Made by a program: the position numbers and the translations under genes. Shown piece by piece: positions 63,223-64,000 of a stretch of 64,000 nucleotides of DNA. Source of the stretch: an uncultured Myxococcaceae bacterium (lineage in GTDB: Bacteria > Myxococcota_A > Polyangia > Polyangiales > Ga0077539); contig CBIHPK010000001.1 of assembly GCA_966211675.1 (NCBI GenBank), positions 27,814 to 91,813 on the forward strand, written 5' to 3'. A model generated the notes under the pieces. That model did not search any database, had not been told where the DNA came from, and saw only the letters and a list, made by a program, of their open reading frames with translations. Each line of letters opens with the position of its first letter. Position 1 is the first letter of the stretch.

Positions 63223-64000
63223 CGCCGCGGCGCTCGCGCGCCTGTCGGACCCCGCCGCCCCGCTGGGGTTGGTCCTCGACACCAACGTGGTGCTGGCCTT
63301 CTGGCACTACCGGCACCCGCGGCTGATCGCGCTGTGGCGCTGGCTCGACGCGCGCGGCGCGCGGTTCTTCACGCGCCCCGACTGCCTCGACGAGCTGCGA
63401 CGCGTGCTCGGCTTTACCTGCTTCGGTATCGATCCGGCGCGCCAGGACGCGATCGTCGACGACTACCGGGCGCGCTGCCGGGTGCTCGACGCGACCGAGG
63501 CGCTGCCGGCGCTGCCGCGCTGCGACGACCCCGACGACCAGCGCTTCGTCGAGCTCGCGGCGCAGTCCGGGGCGCACCTGCTGCTCACGCGCGACCGGCT
63601 GCTGCTGGCGATGGACGGTCGCGTCGCGGCCCGCGTCGTCACGCCCGAGCGGCTGATGAAGTGGCTCGGCGACGATCCCGGCGGTGATACGCTGCGCCCC
63701 TCGCCGCGGCGAACCGGCGGCGTGGGAGCCATCGCCATGAACCTTCGCATCGATCACGTCGTGCTGTGGGTCGAGGACCCGTTGAAGTCCGTGGAGTTCT
63801 ACGAGCGGGTGCTCGGGGTCGAGGGCGTGCGGGTGGAGGAGTTTCGCGCCGGCAAGGTGCTCTTCCCCAGCCTGCGGCTCTGCGCCGAGTCGCTCATCGA
63901 CCTGATGCCGCTGCGCGCCGCGCCGAAGCTCAACGCCTTCCCCGGCGCCGAAGGGTCCGCGGGCAACAAGGTCAACCACGTGTGCCTCGCGCTCGGCCGC
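63188..64000 (+). CDS. Partial CDS: PIN-domain nuclease-like region continuing in frame into a VOC/glyoxalase-like domain; runs off the right edge
   Basis: Hand translation of the frame starting at ATG 63188 (not in the track because there is no stop in the window): ...LVLDTNVVLAFW...CDDPDDQRFVELAAQSGAHLLLTRDRLLL... is PIN-like. A linker follows, then MNLRIDHVVLWVEDPLKSVEFYERVLG..., a typical VOC N-terminus starting at 63737. I checked codon by codon and found no stop between the two. Confidence 0.6.
   Translation, partial: MARPARSAARSDAAALARLSDPAAPLGLVLDTNVVLAFWHYRHPRLIALWRWLDARGARFFTRPDCLDELRRVLGFTCFGIDPARQDAIVDDYRARCRVLDATEALPALPRCDDPDDQRFVELAAQSGAHLLLTRDRLLLAMDGRVAARVVTPERLMKWLGDDPGGDTLRPSPRRTGGVGAIAMNLRIDHVVLWVEDPLKSVEFYERVLGVEGVRVEEFRAGKVLFPSLRLCAESLIDLMPLRAAPKLNAFPGAEGSAGNKVNHVCLALGR

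Noticed and set aside
63047-63979. Track ORFs 63047..63979 (-) and 63334..63687 (+) as the genes of the right-hand end
   Set aside because: Both translate to Arg/Gly/Ala-rich sequence with no motifs. The unlisted plus-strand frame starting at ATG 63188 gives recognisable PIN-like and VOC-like sequence instead.

Overview
This 64-kb window comes from a very GC-rich bacterial chromosome (about 70% GC by eye, not computed). I call about 52 protein-coding genes, packed tightly on both strands, many with 4-nt ATGA/GTGA start-stop overlaps. I found no rRNA, tRNA, CRISPR array, transposase or integrase. Because of the GC content, the six-frame track contains many long Arg/Gly/Pro/Ala-rich shadow ORFs. 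I chose real frames by recognisable catalytic motifs, signal peptides or lipoboxes, ordinary amino-acid composition, and start-site context. The content points to Myxococcota (inference): a MYXO-CTERM-type tail, myxobacterial cysteine-rich repeat lipoproteins, many lipoproteins with acidic D/P/A spacers, and eukaryotic-like kinase, pseudokinase and FHA genes. Recognisable housekeeping genes include M18 aminopeptidase, aldo/keto reductase, esterase, amidase, DExH helicase, pncB, HU, DUF58 plus TgpA-like transglutaminase, GT2, an ABC ATPase, GH13 amylase, CoA-transferase, GST, speA, PPTase, tatA, Usp, folE and yajQ. The best candidate for a new system is an Hsp70-centred neighbourhood at 34.0-43.3 kb. 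It holds a zinc-ribbon pseudokinase, a zinc-ribbon multi-TM protein, and an Hsp70 paralogue with no recognisable lid region. Divergent from the Hsp70 is a 1604-aa tail-anchored protein with six DnaJ-type CxxCxGxG motifs, and I see no J domain in any of the four. Other items worth a second look:
- a pseudokinase-FGE fusion next to a PPC-PPC-caspase lipoprotein
- an amidase translationally coupled to a helicase
- a Cys-rich repeat gene with a perfect 52-nt internal duplication
- a cysteine-less CpXC-like large protein
- a PIN domain reading without a stop into a VOC/glyoxalase domain at the right edge
All functional calls rest on motif recognition by eye; no database search was run.
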